A stretch of DNA of 63,740 nucleotides, the filler included, from Globobulimina sp. (lineage: Eukaryota): the NCBI GenBank assembly GCA_003354225.1. It is 43 parts of 43 records of this genome, joined end to end, with 100 filler letters (N's around TTAATTAATTAA, not from the genome) between each part and the next. Parts side by side here need not be neighbours in the genome. Positions count along the whole stretch, not along the records: positions 46,037 to 47,420 come from PIVH01017557.1; positions 47,521 to 48,904 come from PIVH01017558.1; positions 49,005 to 50,388 come from PIVH01017559.1; positions 50,489 to 51,872 come from PIVH01017560.1; positions 51,973 to 53,356 come from PIVH01017561.1; positions 53,457 to 54,840 come from PIVH01017562.1; positions 54,941 to 56,324 come from PIVH01017563.1; positions 56,425 to 57,808 come from PIVH01017564.1; 35 more parts are not named here. One strand, 5' to 3'. Below, piece after piece: positions 47,181-59,391 of the stretch. The number at the start of each line of letters is the position of its first letter. Positions within the stretch are counted from its first letter, which is position 1. The translations under genes and the position numbers were made by a program. The notes beneath the pieces are model-generated. The model saw only the letters and a list, made by a program, of their open reading frames with translations. It was not told where the DNA came from and made no database searches.

Positions 47181-49004
47181 TACTACTGCTTAACATCATC
47201 ATCAAATTATAAATTACGGTGTAAAATAAGTGAAACAGAAAGTATCAAAAATATTTTGGAATTAATGATACAAATGGTATTAGACTATGTAATTAATGAT
47301 AATAATAATATGATAACATTATGCTTGCAAAGAACCTGTTGTACTTTTCTTCGAATATTGTAATAATGGGAGCAATTTTATATAGCACACAAATTAAAGA
47401 CTACTGATAAATTAAATCAANNNNNNNNNNNNNNNNNNNNNNNNNNNNNNNNNNNNNNNNNNNNTTAATTAATTAANNNNNNNNNNNNNNNNNNNNNNNN
47501 NNNNNNNNNNNNNNNNNNNNCTTTGTTTGGCGACTGATTAAGAGAAAATATAATTTTTATTAAAAAAGTCATACAATAAAAGATAGATAATGTAGACACA
47601 CAATACTATATTCAAAGATTCGCAATAATATTCTTAAAGTGCATTATAATGTTTCCTAAAAAACACGGAAAGACGATATTAATAGGTAATAATGATAATA
47701 CCATGGGTAATCAGGGTTCGGTCTTTTTCGAACAGTCCAGTCATAACTGTTGCAGTAAAAATGACTCTGTTGGATGTCAAGCAAAACATCATCCCAACTG
47801 GTTCCGATAATTCTCGTAGCATAAGGAGGTACATCAAATATTAAATAAAACTCGATCGGGTTAAAATTCTAAAATAATAACAAATATTGTCTATCATATT
47901 GCCTATCGTATTACATTGCCTTCAATTCTTTCGTCCAAATCTAACTGATCGGTTATATGCGATAAAGCATCGAGAACGGTCATGTTTGTTCTCAGATAAA
48001 CATACATGGTCTCATTAGGCCAATATTGACCAGTAACATCGAACGGCAACAACACCGTTTGTCTAAACTCGGCTGCTAATAAACCAGGCATGATTTTTGA
48101 ATTTGTTCAACAAGTGCCACCAAATATATAATAGGCGGTTTATCTGATAAAATGCATGAACCGAAACGTGTCTTAATGGCCGATTCACAAGTAGGGATCA
48201 ACCTGCCGATATTTAAACATCGAAACTTCACATTTGTAACAATATATTGTTCTAAAATGTCTATCAACAAGACTTTGGATTGTTTACCTAACCACCTTTT
48301 TGGATGGTTGTCTGCATTTGCTGCAAGTGTATATTTCCACATAAAGAACGAAGCTTGTCGCTTAACCCAAGGTAAGATGTTTGCATAAAATTCTTTTGAT
48401 AAAATTCGTTTGTATAGACTACAACAAACTGTCGCTCCATGCCACATCGATGCAGAAATTGGACGACTCTATGTATTGGTTAATCAGTCAACCAACGTCC
48501 CACAGATGTACCATTGAAGAGTGTCGTGGAACAACCAAAACCGTTCTTGTGAAGGAAGGTTTTGACTACTGTATTGAAGTTCTGCGAGCAAATGTTGTGT
48601 AAGTGTACATAGTAATGTGTTAAGCAAAGTTTATTTATAAAAATGTTGTAGTATTGGCAAAATTGTCATAAATGACGCCCAAACGTTTCTTCAATTTGTT
48701 CAAAATCTGCATCTCGACGGCTACAGAAAATTGTTGGCAAAGAAGTATTCAACATACGGAACACCAACCATCATCAAAGCAAAAGCAGCCGCCAAAAGAA
48801 AGACCTGTGAAGCAGTAATTCGAGAGGAGAGAACAAGCGCCGCGTCAGAAGCATCAACTGATCAGTCTGGAACAGGAGGAATGACAGAACAAAACATAAA
48901 TGCTNNNNNNNNNNNNNNNNNNNNNNNNNNNNNNNNNNNNNNNNNNNNTTAATTAATTAANNNNNNNNNNNNNNNNNNNNNNNNNNNNNNNNNNNNNNNN
49001 NNNN

Positions 49005-50186
49005 CATTATTATGATTAAACCTTTCCATTTTCTTTTTCCTTTCTTGAGTCAATTGAAGTGTTGCATTTACAATTAATTTTTTGAATTGTTTCTTTACAT
49101 TAATATTACATTTATCTTTTAATCCAAACCATGAATGTTTGAGGACATTACTTGTTACAATTCTTGAATTTGGATTAAACTGTAAACAGCATTTAATTAA
49201 ATCAATTATTCCATCACTTAGTGTCGGCCATAATGTTTTTAATGGTTTTGCATGTATTTCGTTAAAAACAATTTTATTAAAATCCGGCAAATTAACCGCC
49301 TCGGAATAGTATTTTAAATTTATTGTACCTAAAATATTAAATATTTTACACAATTGATCAATATCTGTTTCCCCACAAAATAATGGTTTACATTGTAAGA
49401 GTTCCGCAACAATACAGCCGGCGGACCATATATCAATCGAACAGTCATATTTTCTGGTTCCATACAATAATTCCGGTGATTTATACCAACGAGTACCCAC
49501 TTCATTTGTTAGCAATAAGTCGTCGTTTTCCTTGTCCTGGCCATCTTTTCTTATTTTTACTCCACGAACCATAAATAAATTATTATTTAGATCATTTATG
49601 TTTGCTTTATATTGCTTTGTTTTTCTATTTTTGTTTTGCATGTTGTACTTATTAATAATTCGCGCCTGACCGAGATCTGCAATTTTTAAGATGCCGTGTT
49701 TGTTAAATAGAATGTTTGCCGGTTTCAAATCGCGATGGGCGATGTGGTTTTGGTGCAATGCATTTAGTCCTTCAAACAACTGCTTTGTTATATATTTACA
49801 TTCTATTTCGGATAACGTTTTTTTTGTATATGTATATTTTGTAGCAATTGATGTAAATCAATATTCATTAATTCTAAAACAATGATTACATATTCATTCT
49901 CCTTAAATGTATCCAATAATTTTATTATATTGCTGTGCTTGTTTAATATACCCAGGATTTTAATCTCTCGTTCAACACAATGAGCGAGATAATTTTTATG
50001 TATTCTGGGTGATATGGATGTCGATGCTGTTATGCTATTTTGATGAGAATCGTGTGATGTATTTAATGATGATTTCACCCACATTTTTTTCAAAGCCACA
50101 TCTTGATTGGTCTTTATATTTCGTGCTTGTAGCACTGTTGCAAATCTACCGCGATCTACAAACTGCACATCCTGATACAAATTCAT
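49005..50186 (-). CDS. CDK-family Ser/Thr kinase, CDK20/CCRK-like, with a frameshift in an A8 run
   Basis: VALKK, REIKIL, HRDLKPANIL, ADLGQAR, VGTRWYKSPELLYG, DIWSAGC, GETDIDQL; one extra A near 49820 joins the two ORFs. Confidence 0.88.
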
Positions 50187-50237
50187 GTTTAATTTCCCGA
50201 CAAAATATACACTCACTTCAAAAACCGTTTATTTATC

Positions 50238-50388
50238 ATGTGGCTCAAACAAATGGTAATTGACGGATTTAAGTCCTATGCACAAAGAACCGTAATATCG
50301 GATTGGGATCGACATTTCACAGCAATTACCGGCTTAAATGGAAGTGGCAAATCCAACATCTTGGATGCAATCTGTTTTGTGCTCGGCA
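50238..50388 (+). CDS. SMC2: Condensin subunit SMC2, N-terminus
   Basis: [40 protein letters not shown]. Confidence 0.92.
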
Positions 50389-50759
50389 NNNNNNNNNNNN
50401 NNNNNNNNNNNNNNNNNNNNNNNNNNNNNNNNTTAATTAATTAANNNNNNNNNNNNNNNNNNNNNNNNNNNNNNNNNNNNNNNNNNNNATAAAAATTGAT
50501 CTATTTTTTTAAACGCATTTATGTAAACAACAATTAATTCGTTACATTTCTTTCCTAAAATCAGCATAAAAGTGCCAATCTCTTTATTTTTCAAAAATCC
50601 TTTTCTTTCTTTCAAAAATGTCATATAAATCCGCCACAATATGGCTCTTTCCACAGAAACGGTACGATTTTGTGAAAACAAAAAGGAACGAACAAGCAAA
50701 CACAGTCAACACAAACGAAATCATAGTCAACAGAAACATGGTATTTATAATGAATTATT

Positions 50760-51012
50760 CGCTTCAATCTGTGCACCACTGCCAAAGACTTATTAATTTA
50801 TACTGATATTTATCTCTCCCACCAAAGTCTCAAATCTATCCGGAAATGACATAATAAAATCATAGGCGTTGGCTTTCTTTGCGGCGTCAACAATCTCAGC
50901 CATTTCTATTCGATCACATTCATTCTCATCCAATCAGAATGTAATATTATCTCTGATGGATCTGGCAAATAACACAGGTTCTTGCGATACATCTCCAATT
51001 TGTTTGTGCAGC
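50760..51012 (-). pseudogene. ABCB-type ABC transporter NBD remnant
   Basis: QIGDVSQEPVLFARSIRDNITF*...AAKKANAYDFIMSFPDRFETLVGER; in-frame TGA at 50934-50936; signature and Walker B missing before LAVVHRL. Confidence 0.75.
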
Positions 51013-51972
51013 CTGTACATGTTAAATTTGGATGAATATCAAATTTATAAAAGATTTTAATTATATTTTCATGGTTTATTAATTAAATTAAATACGAACA
51101 ATAAAAATATATAACAAAATATAAAATAAGCCAAATAAAAAAAAAACGTTTAATTATCGAGGAAGCCCCAGCCGAATTGCAAAACCGGTCAGACACTGGG
51201 TTGTACAGAAAAGAAAAAGCATGACCCCGAGTTCTTATCTAGTTGCGACCAGTATACCGATAACGTTTTATTTATTCGTTTTATTTTATTTTATTTATTG
51301 GATCCATTCCATGTTAAAATTCAATTACAATTAATTATAACTTAATTTTTCATATTCCAAAATGCAAAATGTTAAATTGACAAAAGAATAAAGATGAAGT
51401 TTTTTTACAGCCAAAAAACAAAATGAAGTCATTAACTTCCAAGGTGCATTATTTCGATCGCATTAGATTAGACGCCTTGACTCAGAAATCAATCTGTATT
51501 GATAACATTCAAAGATTCCTCATGTCCACTCCAATCAACTTTGATGCAACAACATATAATCAATTGGTTGGTGCCAATGGAATTAAAATAGATTTGAGAA
51601 GAGATCCAACCGACATATCTAAAATAATAATTTATGACCACCCAGCCCCAGCCAACCAGCCAGACCCAGCCAGCCAACGCCACCCAAACAGACCCACCCA
51701 GCCAGCCCCAGCCAACGAATACTATCCTATCTTATACATATCTTATATCTGACAATTACGCACAACAAAAGCATATAAATTATGTACAAATTATATACAA
51801 ATTATAGAACATGAAAAGTATCAGATCCATATAGATCGCACTGCAGTCACAACTATTGAGCTAATTTTCATTNNNNNNNNNNNNNNNNNNNNNNNNNNNN
51901 NNNNNNNNNNNNNNNNTTAATTAATTAANNNNNNNNNNNNNNNNNNNNNNNNNNNNNNNNNNNNNNNNNNNN

Positions 51973-53356
51973 GCCATTTCGCACATTTTTAATCAACGCA
52001 ATTAAACAAATTGAGACGGCAAATGATCAAAAATTAAACATTTTAATTAATCAAACTATAATTAATTTAAAATATGGCTGGAAAATTGGTATAACAAATG
52101 ATGGAAATGTTCCTATGAATCAAAATGTACGCAGAATGCGTGATTTTTCAATATTAGAATTAATTGAAATCGGTACAAACTTATCTGAACAAATAGAAAT
52201 TGGCAAAATTGGGCCAAGAAACAAATTATTACACAGTAAACAACGCATTTTAAATTATATTCAACTCCTTGCAGTGGACAAGAAATCTGGAGGTCCATTA
52301 ACAGTATGGACTCAACGTTGTGGTAAAGCCAGAATCTGCAGACATGCCACGTTTTCATCTCTATGGACTTATAGTATTAATGAATTAACTGCGCCCATTG
52401 ATTATCGTACGCAAGTTCCATTATGCAAAGATTTTTGTCATCAAATTATTTATATGGGACGTTTCTGTCTCATGTTTAAAACGGATGGATCTGACGCGTT
52501 TCGCCAATTAGGTTTACATCGTTCGCAATGGAAATATATGGGTTATAAATTTATGGGATTAGATTTAGTGGACACGTGTGATATCTATGGCAGCAAAGCA
52601 GCGTCCAAACACTCTCAAGATTTTGGCAATGTACTTTTATTAGCATTCAAACAATGGATAAAACCATTATTATTAAACAGTGAGCGAATAGAAAATCTTG
52701 TTTATATTGATGATCATATTGGATTTATAAAATCATTTCCTTTCTCAGATAGAAAACGTGAATCATTTTTAATGCATAAATTTTTCGAATTTCTAAGGTT
52801 ATGTGGCTACATTGAATCGATTAAAAAACGGAAATTTGTTTCATGGATAATGGAAATCTGTGGTTTAATTTATGACAGTTCAGATATGACTGTTGGTCCT
52901 GGCCCAGATAAAAAGAAAAAGGCTTTGTTATTATTAATAATTATAGTTTGCAGCAGAATGTTGATGAGTGATAGATTCGAATCGTTATTAGGAACTTTAA
53001 CATGGATGGCATCATTGATGTGGCCGGGTACGGCTTTTTTACGTAGATTGAGGATGAAACTGACCGCGCATAAACGCATATTTGGTGATGAATTATCATT
53101 AATGCAATTTTGTGATCATGAAATAAAGGATGCGAAGCTTTGGATAAAATACATGCATTTATGTGACAGAGTGAATATTTATGATGTTGTTGGTTATGGT
53201 AATCGTGCAACAATTAATTTATACACTGATGGTGCCACAAATGGAGAGCGTCCGAATTGGCAGCCTGGAATTGGTGCATATTGCAATGGACATTGGTCCT
53301 TTGATACTGTCCCAAAACAGTTCTTGGACGTTTATTATAAATATTTAGATGCAGAT
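51973..53356 (+). mobile_element. DIRS-type (tyrosine-recombinase) retrotransposon: RT and start of RNase H
   Basis: SINE...MFKTDGSDAFRQL...YIDD...CGLIYDS...ESLLGTL.W....WPG.AFLRRL...LYTDGA...GIGAY...W. Confidence 0.88.
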
Positions 53357-53810
53357 NNNNNNNNNNNNNNNNNNNNNNNNNNNNNNNNNNNNNNNNNNNN
53401 TTAATTAATTAANNNNNNNNNNNNNNNNNNNNNNNNNNNNNNNNNNNNNNNNNNNNATAAATTTATAACCATTTAATAAATCCGATTCTAATCTTTCTTC
53501 ATATTTTCTATACTTCTCTTTCTCGCCAATTTTCCCAGCCATAAAGTATCACTAATAATAACGTCTAGCATTACTTTGCTAAACTTATCTTTCTCATATT
53601 CAATACTGTTATGTACCCAAATGTCCGGTTTCTCACTGCTTTTTTTTATCATAGGTTTGCAGTTAAATTGAAATATGATGTTCTATCGATATAAACTTAA
53701 ATTTGTATTCCCTACTAATTACGCTTGGTGGGAACCGTGTTAAAAAATCAATGGTAGCATGATTGCAACTGTGGATCGCCCCTGTAAAAACTTTAAAAAA
53801 CTTAGTCAAT

Positions 53811-53849
53811 CACAAAAGAAGTGTTTAGAACTGTGAACCTAAAAAGTCA
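53811..53849 (+). repeat. Fragment of the right arm of the 572-737 element
   Basis: CACAAAAGAAGTGTTTAGAA(C/G)TGTGAACCTAAAAAGTCA matches 708-746. Confidence 0.8.
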
Positions 53850-54056
53850 CATGCATAGCTCGGATTTCTTATTCCATATCTTGAGACAACGTATCATATA
53901 TCCAAATGATGTGACGCCTTAGGTCTTGCTGCTATGAATGAGACAAAAAAATAAAACATTAATTAGCAAAAACAAAAACAAGTTTCGAAAGATACAAAAA
54001 ATTGGAACACTATCAACCAAACAAAAATAAAAACAAAAAAGAAAAGCAAGCAAAAT

Positions 54057-54840
54057 TCAATAGGCCGGATCCACATAATCTTGTTTATTGCGACCGGTCA
54101 TTCCAACCCAAAGAGCAAAATTCAAATCAATTTTATTCTCCTTTGCATACTGCGCCGCCTCGAGATTGGCGTCGCGCACATTCTGCAATGTCGACTTTGC
54201 TTCGTACTCCGCAGACGAAGGCTGCATATAATTATTGGTCGACGACTGCGCCTGTTTGATATTATGCGGTTTGTTCTTCTCGTCGTCGTCCTGTGCGGTC
54301 TGATAGGCGCCGTGCGCATGCGGTCTGACATAGGGATGGCCGCCGCCCGAAGGCCTCTGCTGAAGCCGCCTATTCTCGCAAACATGGATGAAATTCATAA
54401 TCAACCTCTTGGCGTAAGTGTCCCTCTGATGCGTGGCCGCCGCGTTTGCATTGGAATGCATATTCTGATTAATATTCTTGGCGCCTTTCAGCTGCAACTT
54501 TTCGATGGCGGCATTTAAGTGAAAGGCCGAGTTATTGCCGCAAAACCACACCAAGCGGGCGATCACCATTTGCATCACTTTCAGAGGGAACCTCCGCTGC
54601 GCTTCGGCCATTTGCCAGGTCTCAAGCGAGATGGTACTGAAAAAGCCAACAATTTGGCAGTAAACCTGTTGGACGCGGTCACTGTTTTGGCAAATGCTGC
54701 GATCCGAAGCTTTGATCACTTTATAGATCAACTTGCAACACGCGTCCGTATATTGTTTGGTTGACTGCGAATCGTTGGTCGGATCGCAGTCCTTCAGCAA
54801 AGAGATGAGGACACACAAAGTGTCGGTGGCCGGCGTCTTC
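54057..54840 (-). CDS. XMAP215/ch-TOG-like microtubule polymerase, C-terminal part
   Basis: LISLLKD...KQYTDACCKLIYKV...IVGFF...FPLKVMQMVIARLVWFCG parallels the ch-TOG C-terminal helical domain; judged by eye. Confidence 0.5.
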
Positions 54841-55425
54841 NNNNNNNNNNNNNNNNNNNNNNNNNNNNNNNNNNNNNNNNNNNNTTAATTAATTAANNNN
54901 NNNNNNNNNNNNNNNNNNNNNNNNNNNNNNNNNNNNNNNNCATTTTCGACAATTTTCAAACGACCGTATCTCAAAAACTAGTCGACGTAGAAGAAAAATT
55001 TCAAAAGCAAAAATATTTCTAAAAGGCTCAAAAATCGAACGCAAAAAACGCCATGTCCGTAGCATGCTTCTACAAAAAGTTGAAAAAACATGTGACGTCA
55101 CTAACTAGTCACGTGACCCAATTAATTTGATTTTTTAAGACCGTAGGATCGACTTCTGGTCATACTATAACCATACCAAGTTTGGTCTAAATCGGAAAAC
55201 CCAACAAAAAGTTATCCTTAAAAAACCTCCAGTGCCTATTTTTAATGAACAGACTTTAATTACTGCGATGCGGAGATGACGTTTTATGGATAACAAACCA
55301 ATAATCGTAATACAATACATATTATTTCATCTTTAGATAATTATATATTAATGATAGAATGCAATTCATATGTCATGCGATGTACATACAAGCCAATCAA
55401 CCAGACAATATTGTACGTACATGTA

Positions 55426-55860
55426 CAGGGTGCCCAGGGTAAGTGTATAATACCCAAAAGAAAGTTTATAACTTTCCCAATTATCGTTGGTTCGGCCTGA
55501 AATTCGAACTCAATATATCCCAATGCTCAAAATGTTTTGTATTATAATTTCAGAAACTTAGCTTAATTGGTTTTCAAGTTATAAGCCACACCGTAAAAAC
55601 TTGTATTTCTTTCATATCACAAGTTTCTATAAAAATAAACAAATTGCTTTGACTATCGCATGTTGTGCATGAATTGACTGTTCTGTTAAAGCATGGATGA
55701 AAATCGCCAAAAAAGTGGTAACGTTTGACTGGGAATAAGAAAATTTAACACAAAAACTTTGGGCATTGAGATATATTGAGTTCGAATTGCAGCCAAAACC
55801 AACGATTATTGGGAAAGTTATAAACTTTCTTTTGGGTATACACTTATCCTGGACACCCTG
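55426..55860. mobile_element. Tc1/mariner-derived MITE, 435 bp, with ~110-bp imperfect TIRs
   Basis: Begins TA|CAGGGTG and ends CACCCTG; the arms are reverse complements of each other. Confidence 0.8.
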
Positions 55861-56424
55861 TTTAATATACTACAACATATACAACTTTTAACTTTAATAG
55901 TTGAATGGATGGATCCGGCTAAAAGCTAAACCATATATATGTCTATATCAACAGAATTTTGTCAACAATTAAGTCCCTAGTAGGATTATCCAAACGTAGT
56001 TTAAAATACGAAAGTCTGTTGCCGAATTTGGCGTAAACGTTGCCCAATTTGGAAAATTCTCTATTTTGCCGAATTTGCCGTAAACTGATTTTCAGATTGC
56101 CAAAAATTGAGGGCTAAGGAAGATTGACCAAAAGAAAGATTTTGCTTCAAAACGTTCATTTTTGGATGTTTATTTTTTATTAACACCATACTGCAACATT
56201 ATTCAGCTTAGCACAAATGCTAAAGGCCAAACCTTTAACAGTAATTATCGAAATTATGAAAAATTGTGAAACTCGTGTCATGTGACCACATTTTGTGCAA
56301 CATTGCGCAGCAAGTATGAGATCTNNNNNNNNNNNNNNNNNNNNNNNNNNNNNNNNNNNNNNNNNNNNTTAATTAATTAANNNNNNNNNNNNNNNNNNNN
56401 NNNNNNNNNNNNNNNNNNNNNNNN

Positions 56425-56732
56425 TTTTGGTTTGTCGCATATTGACTGAGTGCATATTGATTGCATTCATCTATATCTTTATAAGGCAGAAAATGTGGCG
56501 GTATTTCATGTTTCCGTGATTCAAACCATTTATAAATTGCAACCCCATCCATTCTGTAATTCTCGAAAGTTGATGTTTTGGATAATTTTACATTTAAATC
56601 ATGTTGACACACATTTATATTATACTTAGTTTCAGTCATTGTCATACACGTTGGCAAAATGGTAATTTGATCTCCATTGCTTGCATTGTACACTTCAATA
56701 CTTGTGATATTGTTGGAACTGACACAGCCCAT
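56425..56732 (-). CDS. Orphan protein with an MGC acylation-type N-terminus (partial)
   Basis: MGCVSS start; open to the contig edge. Confidence 0.45.
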
Positions 56733-56786
56733 TACTCAGAGTAAAGGCCTAGAAAAAACTCCACGCAAAAAAAACAAAAGAAATGA

Positions 56787-57040
56787 AATAGAGTTTTCCT
56801 ATTTGACCTTGATTTTGCTCATGATCAACTTTTTTAATCATTTGTGAATTGTTAGAGAAAAAGCTTAAGTAAATGTTCGTCTCATGTTCTCGTCTCGATT
56901 AGAAACTGTAAATAAAGATCGTATTGTATTCTAAGTAAGGATTAGACGAACATTTACTTAAGCTTTTTCTCTAACAATTCACAAATGATTAAAAAAAGTT
57001 GATCATGAGCAAAATCAAGGTCAAATAGGAAAACTCTATT
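56787..57040. repeat. 96-bp near-perfect inverted repeat with a 61-bp spacer
   Basis: 56787-56882 vs 56944-57040, differing by one homopolymer indel. Confidence 0.92.
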
Positions 57041-57156
57041 ATTCCATATCCCCCGTATCCATGGTTACAGTTTGGCTTATTTTGTATATGTGGTAAGTGT
57101 ATTGTTCCATCTACATTTATCATTGTTCCTATTTTTAGAGTTTAGGTTAGACGACA

Positions 57157-57222
57157 CACACAAAAGCAGACAGAGCCCACGCCACACAAAAGCAGACAGA
57201 GCCCACCCCACACAAAAGCAGA
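57157..57222. repeat. Short tandem repeat, ~26-bp unit containing CACACAAAAGCAGACAGAGCCCAC
   Basis: About 2.5 copies read directly from the sequence. Confidence 0.8.
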
Positions 57223-58820
57223 TATAAATAATGTACAAATCGCAGATTATGCGAAATGCGGCAATTTGTGATAATTCCGATGGTTTGGCATGTTTAAGTT
57301 TTGTGTTTGGTGGTGATAATGAAATGGATGTATCTGTAATAATTATTATTTACCAGCAGCGGATCGATGATATATATTTTATAATGCATTGATGAATGAG
57401 AATGAAATGGATTTTAATAATGATGCAATTCAAGTGTTGATAGAATGGATATGTATTTTTGTGGCTTATTATGGGTTATTTCTATAATTTGTTTATTGAT
57501 TATCAGCATATTAATGATATACAAATGTAACATAATGCTATGTCAATCATGAAATTAAAAGGGATTATTAGCACGATAGCACATGATAATAATGGCAATA
57601 ATGATAATACAAATATTGGGGAAGAATTACCAGACGACGATATATTTCCATTTAATCAAATTAAAAAAGAATGTGAATGTGATCAAGAATCTATGCAAAG
57701 ATAAAAATTTGATAGGAATCGATGAAAAGTTCCAATAATACTTGAGATCAACAATCAAAACAAAATACAAATACGGATAATATTGATCCACATATATTAT
57801 ACACAATGNNNNNNNNNNNNNNNNNNNNNNNNNNNNNNNNNNNNNNNNNNNNTTAATTAATTAANNNNNNNNNNNNNNNNNNNNNNNNNNNNNNNNNNNN
57901 NNNNNNNNGATTCGCATTCCGAGTGTTTGACATCAACGACGAATGTGTTCGTTTGCGTAAATTTTTTGTTTTGTTTCGAGATTTGGAGCGTGATGATTTA
58001 TGATAATTTTTATTGTTTTTTGTTTTTGAATTTGATGACTTCTTTGAATAAGTGTCATTTGAGGCTGATTATATAATTATAATTATAATTTATGTGTATT
58101 TTTGTATGTTTTATGTATATATTATGTGATTGCAACAAATGAAATGATTGGATTTACCTGAATTGTTTTCATTGGATTTCTTTGATTTCATGTTCATTCT
58201 CTGCTGTTGTATAGTGATGTAATCAAATGATAAGCAAAAGGGGTATTCTGTTGTTGAGTGAAATTGTGTTTGCAAATCATTAATGATTTAGACGACTGAT
58301 TTTTATTTTGGTGACACTTATTATTTTTTTTATTGATTTGCAAACAGTATTTCTCTTTTGTTGAATTAAGTGGATACAAAGGATATCTATGTTTAATGAT
58401 GTTTGCAAAACAATGATTATTTGACAGTTGAACATTTGTGATGTTCTGACATTTGAAGGCTTAAAGTGAGTTGAGCTGAGTAAAAACGCTCCAAATCGTA
58501 GCATGTCCACCGGATAAAGCTATTAAACAGAATGAATGTCTTAGAGGCTAGGGATTACTTTTTATTGTCATCACCATCTCCACGTATTGTGTGCGAGGAT
58601 AAATCTAAAAAATAATCCCTCATAAACAACAAATCCATCATAAATACACATTTGATTTATGCATTGAATTTAGCAAAAAAAAGACTAGATTTAAATTTTG
58701 CAATGAAATATGAATTGAGAGCTATATAAATTCATGTTTTTATGTGATGAATGGTGCCAATTCACACATCTTGTACACAACACACAAAAAAGACAAACAC
58801 GTACGTTAAGAAAAGGATAT

Positions 58821-59291
58821 TTATTGTATAAATTTTGTAATGTCAACAAATCGAGAAAGAAATGTGTCACTGCCTTCATTTAATTTATTTACAATGATTG
58901 GTGGCCATTGATTTGACCTCGATGTTAATAATTCCTTTTGATATCGGTCAAATTCATCATCATTCTGATTATTATTACTATCATCCGACATTGTCAATGA
59001 TTTATAAAATGTATAATATAATATGTCTTTTGCTTTATTCATTTGATCAATATTTAATAAATGATTTCGTGTGTAATTTATATAAAAATTATTGTTATTT
59101 ATAATTTTGTTATATGGTATAATTGGAATTGAAGCGTGTTGTCCAATAATTGTAACATCGAAGGCGTTTTCAAATCCGTACCGATATTTCTCACAATGTC
59201 GAATTTCATAGTCATACAAACCAATGTCATTTATTTTTATTATTTCTTGGGCTTTCATGTGTTTATCATATTTGTTATTAATCCAATCAAT
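58821..59291 (-). CDS. Orphan protein fragment
   Basis: Open frame of at least 145 codons with no recognised motif. Confidence 0.35.
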   Translation of the reverse strand: MDWINNKYDKHMKAQEIIKINDIGLYDYEIRHCEKYRYGFENAFDVTIIGQHASIPIIPYNKIINNNNFYINYTRNHLLNIDQMNKAKDILYYTFYKSLTMSDDSNNNQNDDEFDRYQKELLTSRSNQWPPIIVNKLNEGSDTFLSRFVDITKFIQ

Positions 59292-59391
59292 NNNNNNNNN
59301 NNNNNNNNNNNNNNNNNNNNNNNNNNNNNNNNNNNTTAATTAATTAANNNNNNNNNNNNNNNNNNNNNNNNNNNNNNNNNNNNNNNNNNNN

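Noticed and set aside
47521..48904. Several 60-120 aa ORFs on both strands
   Set aside because: No recognisable motif or consistent exon structure; even the source organism is unclear
50934..50936. In-frame TGA in the ABC fragment as selenocysteine or a variant genetic code
   Set aside because: The position is normally Gly, the domain also lacks its signature and Walker B region, and other genes here use TGA as a normal stop
57230..57760. Membrane-protein-like remnants on the + strand
   Set aside because: Multiple stops and frameshifts; too degraded to call
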